From contig JAWLHJ010000004.1 in assembly GCA_041690395.1 (NCBI GenBank), positions 273,365 to 337,364 on the forward strand: a stretch of DNA of 64,000 nucleotides, in the 5' to 3' direction. The notes below the pieces were generated by a model. It was not told where the DNA came from. It ran no database searches and was given only the letters and a program-made list of their open reading frames with translations. Shown piece after piece: positions 1 to 13,410 of this stretch. This stretch comes from Longimicrobiales bacterium (lineage in GTDB: Bacteria > Gemmatimonadota > Gemmatimonadetes > Longimicrobiales > Gaopeijiaceae). Each line of letters starts with the position of its first letter. The first letter of the stretch is position 1. The position numbers and the translations under genes were made by a program.

Positions 1-80
1 CCCCCAGCCCCCCGCCGGGGGGGGGGGGGGCCCCCCCCCCCCCCCCCCGCCCGTCGTCATCGGTCCAACGGTAGCCACCG

Positions 81-398
81 TCAGGCGTCCAGATCCTCCG
101 GATCCAGCATCAAGCCCTCGGGCATCTCCCGCAACGGCTCGGTTCCGGCGTACTCGGTCAGCAGCGTCACGATGTCGCGCTCGACCTTCATCACGCCACC
201 CGCCACGTGGAACGTGTCGCTTCCACCACCGGGCCGCTCGAGGCTCAGAGGCCCGACGCCCAGCAACGTCAGAAGCGGCGCGTGCCCCGGAAGCACCCCG
301 ACCTGGCCGTCCCACGACGGGGCGACCAACGCCGAAGCCGGTCCCTCGAACACGACCTTGCTCGGGGAGACCACCTGAACCTGGAGCGTGCCGGCCAC
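81..398 (-). CDS. atpC: F1Fo ATP synthase epsilon subunit (short; N-terminal beta-sandwich only)
   Basis: VVSPSKVVFEG...GQVGVLPGHAPLL motif; last gene of atp operon. Confidence 0.95.
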   Translation of the reverse strand: MAGTLQVQVVSPSKVVFEGPASALVAPSWDGQVGVLPGHAPLLTLLGVGPLSLERPGGGSDTFHVAGGVMKVERDIVTLLTEYAGTEPLREMPEGLMLDPEDLDA

Positions 399-400
399 CG

Positions 401-2714
<2,314 letters not shown>

Positions 2715-2730
2715 GTCTCGTCCCCCGCCC

Positions 2731-4302
<1,572 letters not shown>

Positions 4303-4336
4303 CTCTATTGGATCCTGAGTTCAGGGATCGTGCGGT

Positions 4337-4906
4337 TCATGGGCTGCCCACGGCTCCGGCGGGCAGCTCGGCGTTCAGCATGCGGCTCCGCATACCTTCC
4401 AGCCTCCTCCGTACCGATCCGTCGTAGATCGTATCACCAGTTCTAACGATGATCCCCCCGATGATCTCCGGCTTCACCCGGACATGGGGAATCGCCTGCT
4501 TGCCGAGCGCCGTCGACAGGCGCTCGCCGATCATGTCGCTCGTCTCTTGGTCCAGCGTTCGCGCGACCGTCACCTCGACGTGCTCCCTGCCGAGATGGTC
4601 GTCGACCAACAACGAATACTCCGAAGCGATCTGCCCCAGCAGCCTCTGACGGCGCTTGTCGATCGTGACCAGCACGAAGTTCAGCACGTGCTTTGGGATC
4701 TCGTCCCCGAAGACCTTCTTGACGAGCGCCTTCTTGTCCTCGTCGTCGATCCGCGGTGTCTCCAGGAAGAGCCGGAACTTCGGCTCCGCGTCGAGCTGCC
4801 CGGCCACGGAGCGCAGCGCATGGCCATACTGCTCGGCCTGCTGCTCCCGCACCGCCAGCTCGAAGAGCGTCTCGGCATACTTCCGGGCGACGGTCCCGTC
4901 CCTCAC
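4337..4906 (-). CDS. atpH: F1Fo ATP synthase delta subunit
   Basis: [10 protein letters not shown]-terminus, [21 protein letters not shown]-terminus; position in operon. Confidence 0.96.
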   Translation of the reverse strand: MRDGTVARKYAETLFELAVREQQAEQYGHALRSVAGQLDAEPKFRLFLETPRIDDEDKKALVKKVFGDEIPKHVLNFVLVTIDKRRQRLLGQIASEYSLLVDDHLGREHVEVTVARTLDQETSDMIGERLSTALGKQAIPHVRVKPEIIGGIIVRTGDTIYDGSVRRRLEGMRSRMLNAELPAGAVGSP

Positions 4907-5499
4907 GACGACACGCTCCGCTCCGACACCAGCTCTGCCAGGTACCGCTCCACGACCTCACGGTCCTTCTCGCTGTCGAGCTTCTCCCGCAGCAGCCGCG
5001 AAGCCGCCGCAAGCGCGAGCTCCACCGACTCCCGACGCAGTGCGTCGAGCGCCTGGTCCCGCTCACGCTCGATCTCGGCCCGGGCACGCTGGATGAGCAA
5101 CTGCCCCTCCTCGCGCGCCTTCTCCTCGATCTCCCTGCGGAGCCGCTCGCCGGCGGCCTTGCCCTCGGCGATCAGCTCGTTGGCCTGCCTGCGTGCGTCG
5201 GCCAGCTGGTCCCGATGCTCCTGGAGCAACCGCTCGGCCTCGGCGTTGCGGGCCACGGCCTCGTCGATCGCGGACTGGATACCCTTCTCCCGCGACTCGA
5301 CGGCGGAAAGAATGGGCCCCCACGCGAACTTCCAAAGGATGCCGAGCAGGGCCAGGAAGACGATGGCCGTCCAGACCGTCGTCCCCAGATTCACGGTGAA
5401 GAGCGGCGTCGTGCCCTCCCCACCCTGAGCGGCCAGCACCGCTCCCGGGAATCCTGCGAGCAGGACCCCGAGCACGACAGCTACACGGCTCGTCCTCAT
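4903..5499 (-). CDS. atpF: F1Fo ATP synthase b subunit
   Basis: [23 protein letters not shown] followed by a long charged coiled coil; ATG 5499 chosen for upstream GGAG (5511 and 5535 are alternatives). Confidence 0.93.
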   Translation of the reverse strand: MRTSRVAVVLGVLLAGFPGAVLAAQGGEGTTPLFTVNLGTTVWTAIVFLALLGILWKFAWGPILSAVESREKGIQSAIDEAVARNAEAERLLQEHRDQLADARRQANELIAEGKAAGERLRREIEEKAREEGQLLIQRARAEIERERDQALDALRRESVELALAAASRLLREKLDSEKDREVVERYLAELVSERSVSS

Positions 5500-5560
5500 T
5501 GCGTTCTCCATTGCGGTTCTCGTCTCGTTCGGCACGCCTCCCGAGGAGGCGACGAAAGAC

Positions 5561-5815
5561 CTAGAACTTCAGGAACGCGAGGCCGAGACCGAAGAGCGCC
5601 GCACCCTCGATGAGCGCCGCGAGAATGATGGACGCCGTCTGGATGTTGCCGGCGGCCTCGGGCTGGCGCGCGATGCCGGACGCCATCTGGGCGCCGATCT
5701 GGCCGATGCCGATGCCTGCGCCGATCACCGTGAGGCCGATGGCGAGTCCGGCGCCCACGAGGCCGAGCCCACCCTGGGCGATTCCGTCTTGAGCAGCCTG
5801 GAACATGAGGTACAT
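5561..5815 (-). CDS. atpE: F1Fo ATP synthase c subunit (H+-type)
   Basis: GxGxGxxG helix, RQPE loop, ion-binding Glu in LIEGAALF with no adjacent Ser/Thr of the Na+ signature. Confidence 0.97.
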   Translation of the reverse strand: MYLMFQAAQDGIAQGGLGLVGAGLAIGLTVIGAGIGIGQIGAQMASGIARQPEAAGNIQTASIILAALIEGAALFGLGLAFLKF

Positions 5816-5901
5816 GATCTAATCCTCGAACGTTGTTGAGGGTGTTGCGTCCGTCTGGCGGACACGGTGGAGAATGAACGACTCCCGATGACTTCGCGGG
5901 C

Positions 5902-6819
5902 TCAGTGGGCGTGCCGGATGAGACCGATGAACACCGACGTGAGCATCGCGAAGATGTAGGCCTGGAGACATGCTACGAAGAGCTCCAGGACCATGATGAG
6001 GCTCATCACGAGCACCGATGCGCCTCCAACCACGAAGTTCTGGGTGACCAGGATGAGGCCGACGATGGCCAGGATGAGAATGTGGCCGGCCATCATGTTC
6101 GCGAACAGACGCACGGCCAGGGCGAACGGCTTGGTCAGCTTCCCGAGGAACTCGACCGGGGTCATGATCGCCAGGATGATCGGCTTCATGGGGCCCGGAA
6201 GCCCGTGGGGCAGATAAAAGATGGTCTTCGCGTAACCCGCCGGCCCGAGCGCCCGCCACCCCGCGATCTCGGTCGCGATGAAGGCGATGCCGGCCAGCGC
6301 GGCCGTGACGGACAGATTCGCCGTCGCCGTGATCCCGAACGGCGTGAGGCCGAACAGGTTCATGAACAGGATGAAGAAGAAGATCGTGAGGATGAACGGC
6401 GTGTAGCCGTCACCGTCCTTCCCGATGTTCGCCCGGACGATCTCGTCGCGGAAGTACAGAATGAGGGCTTCGGCGGCGTTCACGAATCCGCTCGGCGCGC
6501 TGCCCGAGCCGCGGCGCGCGAGCGAGCGGGCCACGGGAACGAAGAGCGCGATGCAGAGGAGCGCCGACAGGAAGATGAAGATCAGCTGCCGCGTCGGAGA
6601 CAGGTCGAGTGCGAGGCCACCGATGTGGATGGGCTCGAACGCGAAGGCTCCGAGGTCGAAGTGCATCCCGGCGAACTCGAAGGCGCGTGAGTCCTCGAGG
6701 TGGTGCGAGATGTAGTCCGGGATCTCGCTGATGGCATCGAGCCCGTACGCCCCACCCGCGCCCGCGCCCTGGGCCGCCGCATCGGCGGCGTAATCCTGTG
6801 CCGAACCCTGCATGGTCAC
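5902..6819 (-). CDS. atpB: F1Fo ATP synthase a subunit
   Basis: KPFALAVRLFANMMAGH, LQAYIFAML. Confidence 0.97.
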   Translation of the reverse strand: MTMQGSAQDYAADAAAQGAGAGGAYGLDAISEIPDYISHHLEDSRAFEFAGMHFDLGAFAFEPIHIGGLALDLSPTRQLIFIFLSALLCIALFVPVARSLARRGSGSAPSGFVNAAEALILYFRDEIVRANIGKDGDGYTPFILTIFFFILFMNLFGLTPFGITATANLSVTAALAGIAFIATEIAGWRALGPAGYAKTIFYLPHGLPGPMKPIILAIMTPVEFLGKLTKPFALAVRLFANMMAGHILILAIVGLILVTQNFVVGGASVLVMSLIMVLELFVACLQAYIFAMLTSVFIGLIRHAH

Positions 6820-7193
6820 CTGGCGTATTCGGTAGCCTGCCCGTTCCGGACGAGGAACACCGGCTCGAGCAGGAGGAATATGAAGAACAGCCCGACGGTC
6901 GACATGATCGCCACCGTGGGATCTACGGTATCGAAAAAGCGGATCGAAAGGCCGACGAGCGCGAGAACCACCATGCGTCCGAGCATCCCGAGCCCCCAGA
7001 AGGTCATGAAGCGGTTCGCGTCACCATGAGCGCCCACCAGAAGCGCGAAGAGCCCGATCTGGAGGGGCAGCGTAACAGCGGCGGCCAGTAGCAGCCCGGC
7101 CCTTCCGGACGAGTCCAGGAGGGGCAGCGCGACCAGGACCAGAAGGGCCGCGATCAGGCTGGAGACGACGGTGTAGCGCAGTAGCGCCTTCAT
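6816..7193 (-). CDS. ATP synthase accessory protein I-like, about 4 TM
   Basis: Hydrophobic 125-aa ORF (MKALLRY...) coupled by 4-nt overlaps to atpB and to the upstream small ORF. Confidence 0.7.
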   Translation of the reverse strand: MKALLRYTVVSSLIAALLVLVALPLLDSSGRAGLLLAAAVTLPLQIGLFALLVGAHGDANRFMTFWGLGMLGRMVVLALVGLSIRFFDTVDPTVAIMSTVGLFFIFLLLEPVFLVRNGQATEYAR

Positions 7194-7453
7194 CCGGACT
7201 TCTTCTTCTCTCGGTCTTCGGGGCGCGTCGTCAGGTGCATGTACAGACTGTAGAAGCCTGCCGCCGCGCCGATGAAACCACCCAGGAGCGTCAGGTATTC
7301 CTGGCCCCCGACCTTCGATCCGACCCACCGACCCAGGAAACCGAAAAGGAACGCCGAAACGACGACATTGAGTCCCAACCCGAGCACTTCCCCGGGCAGG
7401 CGCCTGAGCGCTGGATCCGACTCACCCTTCTTGAATCCGTCGTCTGGCGACAT
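7190..7453 (-). CDS. AtpZ/AtpI-family small membrane protein
   Basis: MSPDDG...LGLGLNVVV...GFLGRWVG...LLGGFIGAAAGFYSLY two-TM pattern; first gene of atp operon. Confidence 0.75.
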   Translation of the reverse strand: MSPDDGFKKGESDPALRRLPGEVLGLGLNVVVSAFLFGFLGRWVGSKVGGQEYLTLLGGFIGAAAGFYSLYMHLTTRPEDREKKKSG

Positions 7454-7485
7454 GTTTTTCGGCTCCTCAGGTCCCGAGCCCGCGA

Positions 7486-7514
7486 AGGATACAAGCTTGT
7501 GAAAAAAAGCGCAA
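7486..7514 (-). promoter_or_regulatory. Putative sigma70 promoter of atp operon (TTGCGC-N17-TATCCT) overlapped by a Rex-like box
   Basis: Minus strand TTGCGC tttttttcacaagcttg TATCCT; plus strand 7497-7514 TTGTGAAAAAAAGCGCAA resembles TTGTGAA-N4-TTCACAA. Confidence 0.55.
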
Positions 7515-7746
7515 GCGGCCTCCGACGGCCCGTCCGGACCCCGAGCCGACGCTTGACGGAGACCCCTCCGGCGCCGTCTATTCGGTTGGAGTCCGCGTGC
7601 CTGCCCCGGAACGCTTTCGAGGTGGACGCGCGCGCTCTCGCACGCTGGAAGGGAGGGGGACGGAGCCGGCTTCGGACCCGCTCCCGCCCCATGAGTGTAC
7701 GGCGAGCGGTCGCGTATCCCAACCAGACTCGCCAGAACCTTCTCGG

Positions 7747-8766
7747 ATGAATACACCCACCGACACGATCGCCGCGCACGACGAAGACATCGAGCTCCTC
7801 GAACGCGTGGCCGAGGTGTCCGACCACATGCGGCGCGAGGTCGCCAAGAAGATCGTCGGGCAGCGCGAGGTCGTCGACGAGCTCCTGACCGCGTTGCTCG
7901 CCAACGGGCACGCACTATTGGTGGGTGTCCCCGGGCTGGCCAAGACGCTCCTCGTCCAGACGCTCGCCCAAGCGCTCGACCTGGACTTCAGCCGCATCCA
8001 GTTCACCCCGGACCTCATGCCGACCGACATCACCGGCACCGAGGTCATCGAGGAGGACCGGACCACCGGACGCCGGGTGTTCCGCTTCGTGAAGGGTCCG
8101 ATCTTCGCGAATATCGTGCTCGCGGACGAGATCAACCGGACGCCCCCCAAGACCCAGGCCGCGCTCCTGGAGGCGATGCAGGAGCGCGCCGTCACGGCGG
8201 CGGGCCAGCGCTACGAGCTGGCCGCTCCGTTCTTCGTCCTGGCCACGCAGAATCCCATCGAACAGGAAGGGACCTATCCGCTGCCGGAGGCGCAGCTCGA
8301 CCGTTTCATGCTCGAGCTGCCGATCTACTATCCCTCCAGGGAGGAGGAAGAGGAGGTCGCGATGCGGACCACCGGCGCCGGCGAGACTTCGATCTCCCCG
8401 GTCGTCTCGGCCGAAGAGCTGATCGCCCTCCAGGGGCTGGTCCGCCGCGTTCCTGCAGCGCCTTCCCTCATACGGTTCGCCGTGCGGCTGGCGCGGTCCA
8501 CGAGGCCCGGGGACGAGGCGGCCGGCGTGACCGGTCGCTACGTGGCCTGGGGCGCCGGCCCCCGAGCCTCCCAGTTCCTGGTGCTCGGCGCCAAGGCACG
8601 GGCGGCCTCCCGCGGCTCTGCCATTCCGTCCATCGACGACGTTCGGAGCGTCGCGCCCGCGGTCCTGGCACACCGCCTGGTCCTCAACTTCGAGGCTGAG
8701 GCGGACGGACGAACGACGCGGGACGTCATCGCGGAGCTCCTGAAGGAGAGTGAGGGTTGGACGTAG
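7747..8766 (+). CDS. MoxR-family AAA+ ATPase
   Basis: GVPGLAKT, RIQFTPDLMPTDITG, ADEINRTPPKTQAALLEAMQE, EGTYPLPEAQLDRF. Confidence 0.95.
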   Translation: MNTPTDTIAAHDEDIELLERVAEVSDHMRREVAKKIVGQREVVDELLTALLANGHALLVGVPGLAKTLLVQTLAQALDLDFSRIQFTPDLMPTDITGTEVIEEDRTTGRRVFRFVKGPIFANIVLADEINRTPPKTQAALLEAMQERAVTAAGQRYELAAPFFVLATQNPIEQEGTYPLPEAQLDRFMLELPIYYPSREEEEEVAMRTTGAGETSISPVVSAEELIALQGLVRRVPAAPSLIRFAVRLARSTRPGDEAAGVTGRYVAWGAGPRASQFLVLGAKARAASRGSAIPSIDDVRSVAPAVLAHRLVLNFEAEADGRTTRDVIAELLKESEGWT

Positions 8767-8803
8767 ACCAACCTCCGAGTAGTCGGCCCGGCGGAGGCTT
8801 CCG

Positions 8804-10060
8804 GTGATCTGGGGAACCCTCGCCGTCGTCGGCTCGCTCCTGCTCCTCTCCGGCATTCTGACCGCCGGCGAGGTCGCGGCGTTCCAGGTCGGCACGTCGC
8901 GGCTCCGAACGCTCGATTCGGAAGGCTTCAAGGGCTCGGACGCTCTGAATCAGGTTCGCGCGCGCGAGCCGGGCGTCAGAGCGGGCGTGCGTCTGTCGAC
9001 TCGGGTGTTGAACCTCTCCGCGGTCGCCATCGCGACCGTGGGGGGCACGACCATCGGCTCGGTGGCCTGGTCCGCGGGGAGCATCGTGGTGGGCATCGTC
9101 CTCGTCGTGCTCATCGCCGACCTCGTACCCCACATGCTCGCCGCACGCCATCCGGTCCGTTTCGCACTGACGCTCGCGCCGTTGCTCCTGTTCGTTGCGC
9201 GGAACACGCGGCTCCTCACCGCCCCGCTCGAGCGGATCGAACAACGCGTGCGCTCCGGCAACGGTCCGGCACTCACGAGCGAGCAGCGCGAGCTCCGTGA
9301 GATGCAGGAGATCGGGCGTCAGGAAGGCGTGCTCGAAGCTTCCGAGAACCTCCTCGTGGAGCGTGCCTTCCGGCTCGACGAGCTCACCGCGTGGGACGTC
9401 ATGGTGCCTCGTGTCGACGTTTTCGCGTGGCGCGAGGACACCCCCATCAGCGAGATCATCGACGACCTTCCCGATGTTCCCTTCAGCCGCGTGCCGGTCT
9501 ACGGGGACTCGGTCGACGACGTCACGGGCATCGTGTACGTGCGAGAAGCGTATCAGCGCTACGCGCGGGGCGAGCACGGGCTCCTCCTCCGGGATCTCGC
9601 GCGCCCCCCCTTCTTCGTACCGGGCTCTCTCCCGCTGACGCAGCTCCTCACCGATTTCCAGGCGCGGCGCATCCACATGGGGATCGTGGCCGACGAGTTC
9701 GGGGGGACCGACGGGCTCGTGACCCTCGAGGACGTCCTGGAGGAGCTGGTCGGGGAGATCCACGACGAGACGGACGTGGAGGACGCGGGCATCGACCGGG
9801 TCTCGGCCGACGCGATCGAATGCGACGGCGGCGTGGACATCCGCGATCTCAACGCGCTCCTCGACGTCGACCTTCCGAGCATCGAGCACCGCTCCGTCAA
9901 CGGCTTCATCCTCGAAGAGCTCGGGCACGTGCCGTCAGCCGGCGACCGCTTGGAACGCGGGGGGGTCCGCATCGAGATCCTCGAGGCGACCGAGACCCAG
10001 GTGCTCCGGGCACGGCTCACCAGACTCGACGGAAACGGCTCGGAGCGCGAAGGTTCCTGA
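8804..10060 (+). CDS. HlyC/CorC (CNNM/DUF21-CBS-CorC) family membrane protein
   Basis: N-terminal TMs, VMVPRVD, FSRVPVY, DEFGGTDGLVTLEDVLEELVGEIHDETD, C-terminal CorC domain. Confidence 0.92.
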   Translation: MIWGTLAVVGSLLLLSGILTAGEVAAFQVGTSRLRTLDSEGFKGSDALNQVRAREPGVRAGVRLSTRVLNLSAVAIATVGGTTIGSVAWSAGSIVVGIVLVVLIADLVPHMLAARHPVRFALTLAPLLLFVARNTRLLTAPLERIEQRVRSGNGPALTSEQRELREMQEIGRQEGVLEASENLLVERAFRLDELTAWDVMVPRVDVFAWREDTPISEIIDDLPDVPFSRVPVYGDSVDDVTGIVYVREAYQRYARGEHGLLLRDLARPPFFVPGSLPLTQLLTDFQARRIHMGIVADEFGGTDGLVTLEDVLEELVGEIHDETDVEDAGIDRVSADAIECDGGVDIRDLNALLDVDLPSIEHRSVNGFILEELGHVPSAGDRLERGGVRIEILEATETQVLRARLTRLDGNGSEREGS

Positions 10061-10596
10061 TGGCCCTGATCATACCCTTCCGAGGCAAGACGCCGAACGT
10101 CCACCCGTCCGCGTTCCTCGCACCGACCGCCGTGCTCATCGGCGACGTCACGATCGGCGCGGAAAGCAGCGTCTGGTTCGGCGCCGTTCTCCGCGGCGAC
10201 GACCCGGACCACGGCATCATCGTGGGTCCGCGGACCAGCGTGCAGGACAACTGCGTCGTGCACGTCGGAGCGTGGGGCCCCACCGTGATCGGGACCGACG
10301 TCACGGTCGGGCACGGAGCGAAGCTCGAGAGCTGCGTGGTCGGCGACCGGACCGTGGTCGGCATGAACGCCATCATTCTCCAGAATGCCTCGATCGGGGA
10401 GGAGTGCCTCCTGGCCGCCAACACGGTGGTGCTCGAGGGGAAGGAGATTCCCGCCCGAAGCCTCGTGGCCGGCGTCCCGGGCGTCGTCAAGAAGACGCTC
10501 GAGGGGAATGCCGCCCGCTGGATCGAGGGGGGCGGCAGCCACTACGTCGAGCTCAGCCGGGAGTACCTCCGCGAGGGCATCGGATCTCCGGAATGA
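10060..10596 (+). CDS. Gamma-carbonic-anhydrase family protein (left-handed beta-helix)
   Basis: PSAFLAPTAVLIGDVTIG, VWFGAVLRGD, SVQDNCVVH, VTVGHGA, LVAGVPG; ATG overlaps upstream stop. Confidence 0.92.
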   Translation: MALIIPFRGKTPNVHPSAFLAPTAVLIGDVTIGAESSVWFGAVLRGDDPDHGIIVGPRTSVQDNCVVHVGAWGPTVIGTDVTVGHGAKLESCVVGDRTVVGMNAIILQNASIGEECLLAANTVVLEGKEIPARSLVAGVPGVVKKTLEGNAARWIEGGGSHYVELSREYLREGIGSPE

Positions 10597-10784
10597 GCGA
10601 CCGCGCCTCGGAGGCCCGCCACATGGACACCGAGGAGGGCGAGCACTCGCGGGACGCACGCGGCACCGGTCAATCGGACCTTTCGGGGCCCGTCTGCGAC
10701 CTGTGCGGCGCGCCCATGATCGACCGGCACTGCAAGCTCGCCTGTCCCGCCTGCGGATATCAGCGTGACTGCTCCGACCCCTGA
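10593..10784 (+). CDS. Small CxxC/CPxCG zinc-finger protein (63 aa)
   Basis: CDLCGAPM...HCKLACPACGYQRDCSDP; ATGA overlap with gamma-CA stop. Confidence 0.7.
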   Translation: MSDRASEARHMDTEEGEHSRDARGTGQSDLSGPVCDLCGAPMIDRHCKLACPACGYQRDCSDP

Positions 10785-11742
10785 CGGCCCCCTGATCGGC
10801 TCGGCGCCACGCGCCACCGCCGAGCAATTGCGGGAGGCGTACCGTGCCGGCACCCGGGCGACGATCACCGCCCTCTCGGTGAGCGGCGTGCTCGCGGTGG
10901 TGAAGATCACGGCCGGCTTCGCGGGGAACTCATTCGCCCTGGTCGCCGACGGTGTGGAATCGGTTCTCGACCTCCTCGGCTCAGTGCTCGTGTGGAGCGG
11001 GCTGAGAATGAGCTCCGAGCCGCAGACGCCGGAGTTCCCCTACGGCCGCGGCAAGGCCGAGCCACTGGCGGCCCTCGTGATCGCGACCATCCTGCTGGCC
11101 GCGGCCGCCGGCATCGCGTACGGCGCCATTCACGAGATCGTGACTCCACACACACCGCCCGCCGCGTTCACGCTCTGGGTGCTGATCGGGGTCGTGACCA
11201 CGAAGGAGATGGTCTTCCGCTACCTCACGCGGCAAGGGGCCGCTCTGGGAAGCCAGGCGATGCTCGCCGACGCCTGGCACCACCGCTCCGACGCGCTGAC
11301 GTCGATCGCGGCCTTCGTCGGGATCTCGCTCGCGCTCGCGCTCGGAGACGGCTGGGCGTCGGCCGACGACTGGGCCGCCCTGGCGGCCTGCCTGGTGATC
11401 GCGTGGAACGGGGTGCACCTCCTACGGAGCGGGCTCCGTGACGTCCTCGACGCGGCCGCGCCGGACGAGGTGACCGACCGGGTCCGTGCCATCGCCTCGG
11501 CGGTGCCCGACGTCCACGACATCGACGAGATCCGCGTTCGCCGGAGCGGGCTGGTCTACCTGGTGGACATCCACGTCGAGGTCGACGGGAGCCTCACGGT
11601 GCGAAGGGGCCACGAGATCGGGCACGAGGTGAAGGACCGGCTGATCGCCTCCGAGTTGCCGATCCTCGACGCGCTCGTCCATATCGAGCCGCCCTACCCA
11701 GAAGCGCGCGGCGGGCCCGACGACCCGCCGGGAGTGCCCTGA
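10765..11742 (+). CDS. Cation diffusion facilitator (FieF-like) transporter
   Basis: SFALVADGVES, PYGRGKAE, ADAWHHRSDALTS, DIHVEVD...GHEIG...LVHIEP. Confidence 0.93.
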   Translation: MTAPTPDGPLIGSAPRATAEQLREAYRAGTRATITALSVSGVLAVVKITAGFAGNSFALVADGVESVLDLLGSVLVWSGLRMSSEPQTPEFPYGRGKAEPLAALVIATILLAAAAGIAYGAIHEIVTPHTPPAAFTLWVLIGVVTTKEMVFRYLTRQGAALGSQAMLADAWHHRSDALTSIAAFVGISLALALGDGWASADDWAALAACLVIAWNGVHLLRSGLRDVLDAAAPDEVTDRVRAIASAVPDVHDIDEIRVRRSGLVYLVDIHVEVDGSLTVRRGHEIGHEVKDRLIASELPILDALVHIEPPYPEARGGPDDPPGVP

Positions 11743-11768
11743 AGGGCGGCTCCGCCCACGCGGGCCGG

Positions 11769-12578
11769 TCAGCCCAGCCCCACCACCCGGCCGAGGTACC
11801 ACTCGAGCATCCCGTCGCCCCATGCGTACGCGATCGCCGCCGCGGCCGCGAGGAAGACCCCAAGCGGGACGAGGCGCTTCGACATCGACGCGATCGGACC
11901 GAAGACCACGAGCGCCAGCAGCGAGCCGATGAAGAGCGTGATCACCACGCCCCAGGCGCCCAGGAAAGCACCGACCATCATCATCATCTTGATGTCCCCG
12001 CCGCCCATCGCCTGATCGACGCCGGCCTCCTCCAGCCGACCGGGCGTGATCTTCCGGATGATCCACGTGCCGGCCACCCCGACCAGCCACAGCACCCCGA
12101 AGCCGATCGCCGCGCCGATGAGCGAGTCCACGAAGCCGATACCACCCGGCAGGAGCGCGAGAAGCACGCCGAGCACCGTCCCGCCCAGGGAGAACTCGTC
12201 GGGGATGATGTAGAAGCGGGCGTCGGACATCGCGATGCCGAAGAGGATCGTCAGGAAGATCGCTCCCCGGGCGGCCTCCCACGTCGGTCCGTACGCGGCG
12301 AACACCCCCGCCCACATGAGCGCCGTGGCGAGCTCGGCGAGGGGGTACTGGACCGAGATGCGCTCGGAGCACCAGCGGCACCGACCCCGCAGCAGCAGCC
12401 AGCTGAACACCGGGACGTTGTCGTACCAGCGCACGGGCTCATCACAGCTCGGGCAGTGCGACGGCGGAGATACGACCGACTCGTCCACCGGCCAGCGCAA
12501 CGAGCAGACGTTCAGGAACGAGCCGAGCGTGAGCCCGAAGAGCCCCGCGACGATGGGAGCGAACCATGCTTCAACCAA
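11769..12578 (-). CDS. pilD: Type IV prepilin peptidase (A24A)
   Basis: GSFLNVC, SHCPSC...GRCRWC, catalytic Asp in MSD and MGGGDIKM. Confidence 0.95.
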   Translation of the reverse strand: MVEAWFAPIVAGLFGLTLGSFLNVCSLRWPVDESVVSPPSHCPSCDEPVRWYDNVPVFSWLLLRGRCRWCSERISVQYPLAELATALMWAGVFAAYGPTWEAARGAIFLTILFGIAMSDARFYIIPDEFSLGGTVLGVLLALLPGGIGFVDSLIGAAIGFGVLWLVGVAGTWIIRKITPGRLEEAGVDQAMGGGDIKMMMMVGAFLGAWGVVITLFIGSLLALVVFGPIASMSKRLVPLGVFLAAAAAIAYAWGDGMLEWYLGRVVGLG

Positions 12579-12584
12579 GTCTCA

Positions 12585-13382
12585 TCACCTGTCTCCCGAG
12601 ATGGCATAGAGGAGGATCGAGCCCGCGACCCCCACGTTGAGCGACTCCACCGACCCCTCCATGGGAACGGACACCCGCCGCCCGGCGACCCGGACCAGCT
12701 CGTCCCGCACGCCAGCCCCCTCGTTCCCGACCACGAGGGCGACCCGTCCGGCCGCCCCCACCCCCGCGATGTCCTCGCCGGACGCATCGGCGACCAGGAT
12801 CTCGACGCCCTCCGAGTCGCAGCGTGCGACCAGCGCGCCGACGTCGGCCCGCGCGACCGGCACCGCGAAGACGAGACCGGCCGACGCGCGTACCGCTTTC
12901 GGCCCCCAGAGGTCCACCGTGCCGTCGAGCGACACCACCCCGTCCACGCCGAACGCGGCCGCCCCCCGAACGAGTGTGCCGGCGTTCCCCGGGTCCTGGA
13001 CCGCGTCGAGGACGAGCCACCGCCCCGGCGGGAGGTCGGCCAGATCGGTCCGGGGCTCTTCGGCCACCAGCAGCACGCCCTGGGGCGTCTCGGTGTCCGA
13101 GAGCGCGGCGAGCTCGTCTTCCTCGACGGTTCTGACGTCCAGGTGGGCCGCGCGGAGGCGGTCGACCAGGAGTGTTCCCTCGGGGCGGTCTGCCAGCGAC
13201 GGCGCAATGACGGCGAAGCGGATGCGGGCCCCCGCGTCGAGGGCGGCCTCCGCGCAGCGGATGCCCTCGACCAACACCAACGCCTCGCGGACCCTTCCCT
13301 TCCGTGTCTTGAGCCGCTCGACGAGTCGCGTCGCGCGCTGGCTCAACGGGCCCGGCCCGTTCAGGTTATCGTTGCCGCTCAT
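12585..13382 (-). CDS. TrmH/SpoU family RNA methyltransferase
   Basis: [37 protein letters not shown] motifs. Confidence 0.92.
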   Translation of the reverse strand: MSGNDNLNGPGPLSQRATRLVERLKTRKGRVREALVLVEGIRCAEAALDAGARIRFAVIAPSLADRPEGTLLVDRLRAAHLDVRTVEEDELAALSDTETPQGVLLVAEEPRTDLADLPPGRWLVLDAVQDPGNAGTLVRGAAAFGVDGVVSLDGTVDLWGPKAVRASAGLVFAVPVARADVGALVARCDSEGVEILVADASGEDIAGVGAAGRVALVVGNEGAGVRDELVRVAGRRVSVPMEGSVESLNVGVAGSILLYAISGDR

Positions 13383-13410
13383 CCGAGCCTCCGACCCACC
13401 AGAGCGAAGC

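Noticed and set aside
1..50. Poly-G followed by poly-C run forming an apparent hairpin
   Set aside because: Homopolymers at the sequence edge are most likely low-quality base calls or assembly artefact, possibly a garbled terminator.
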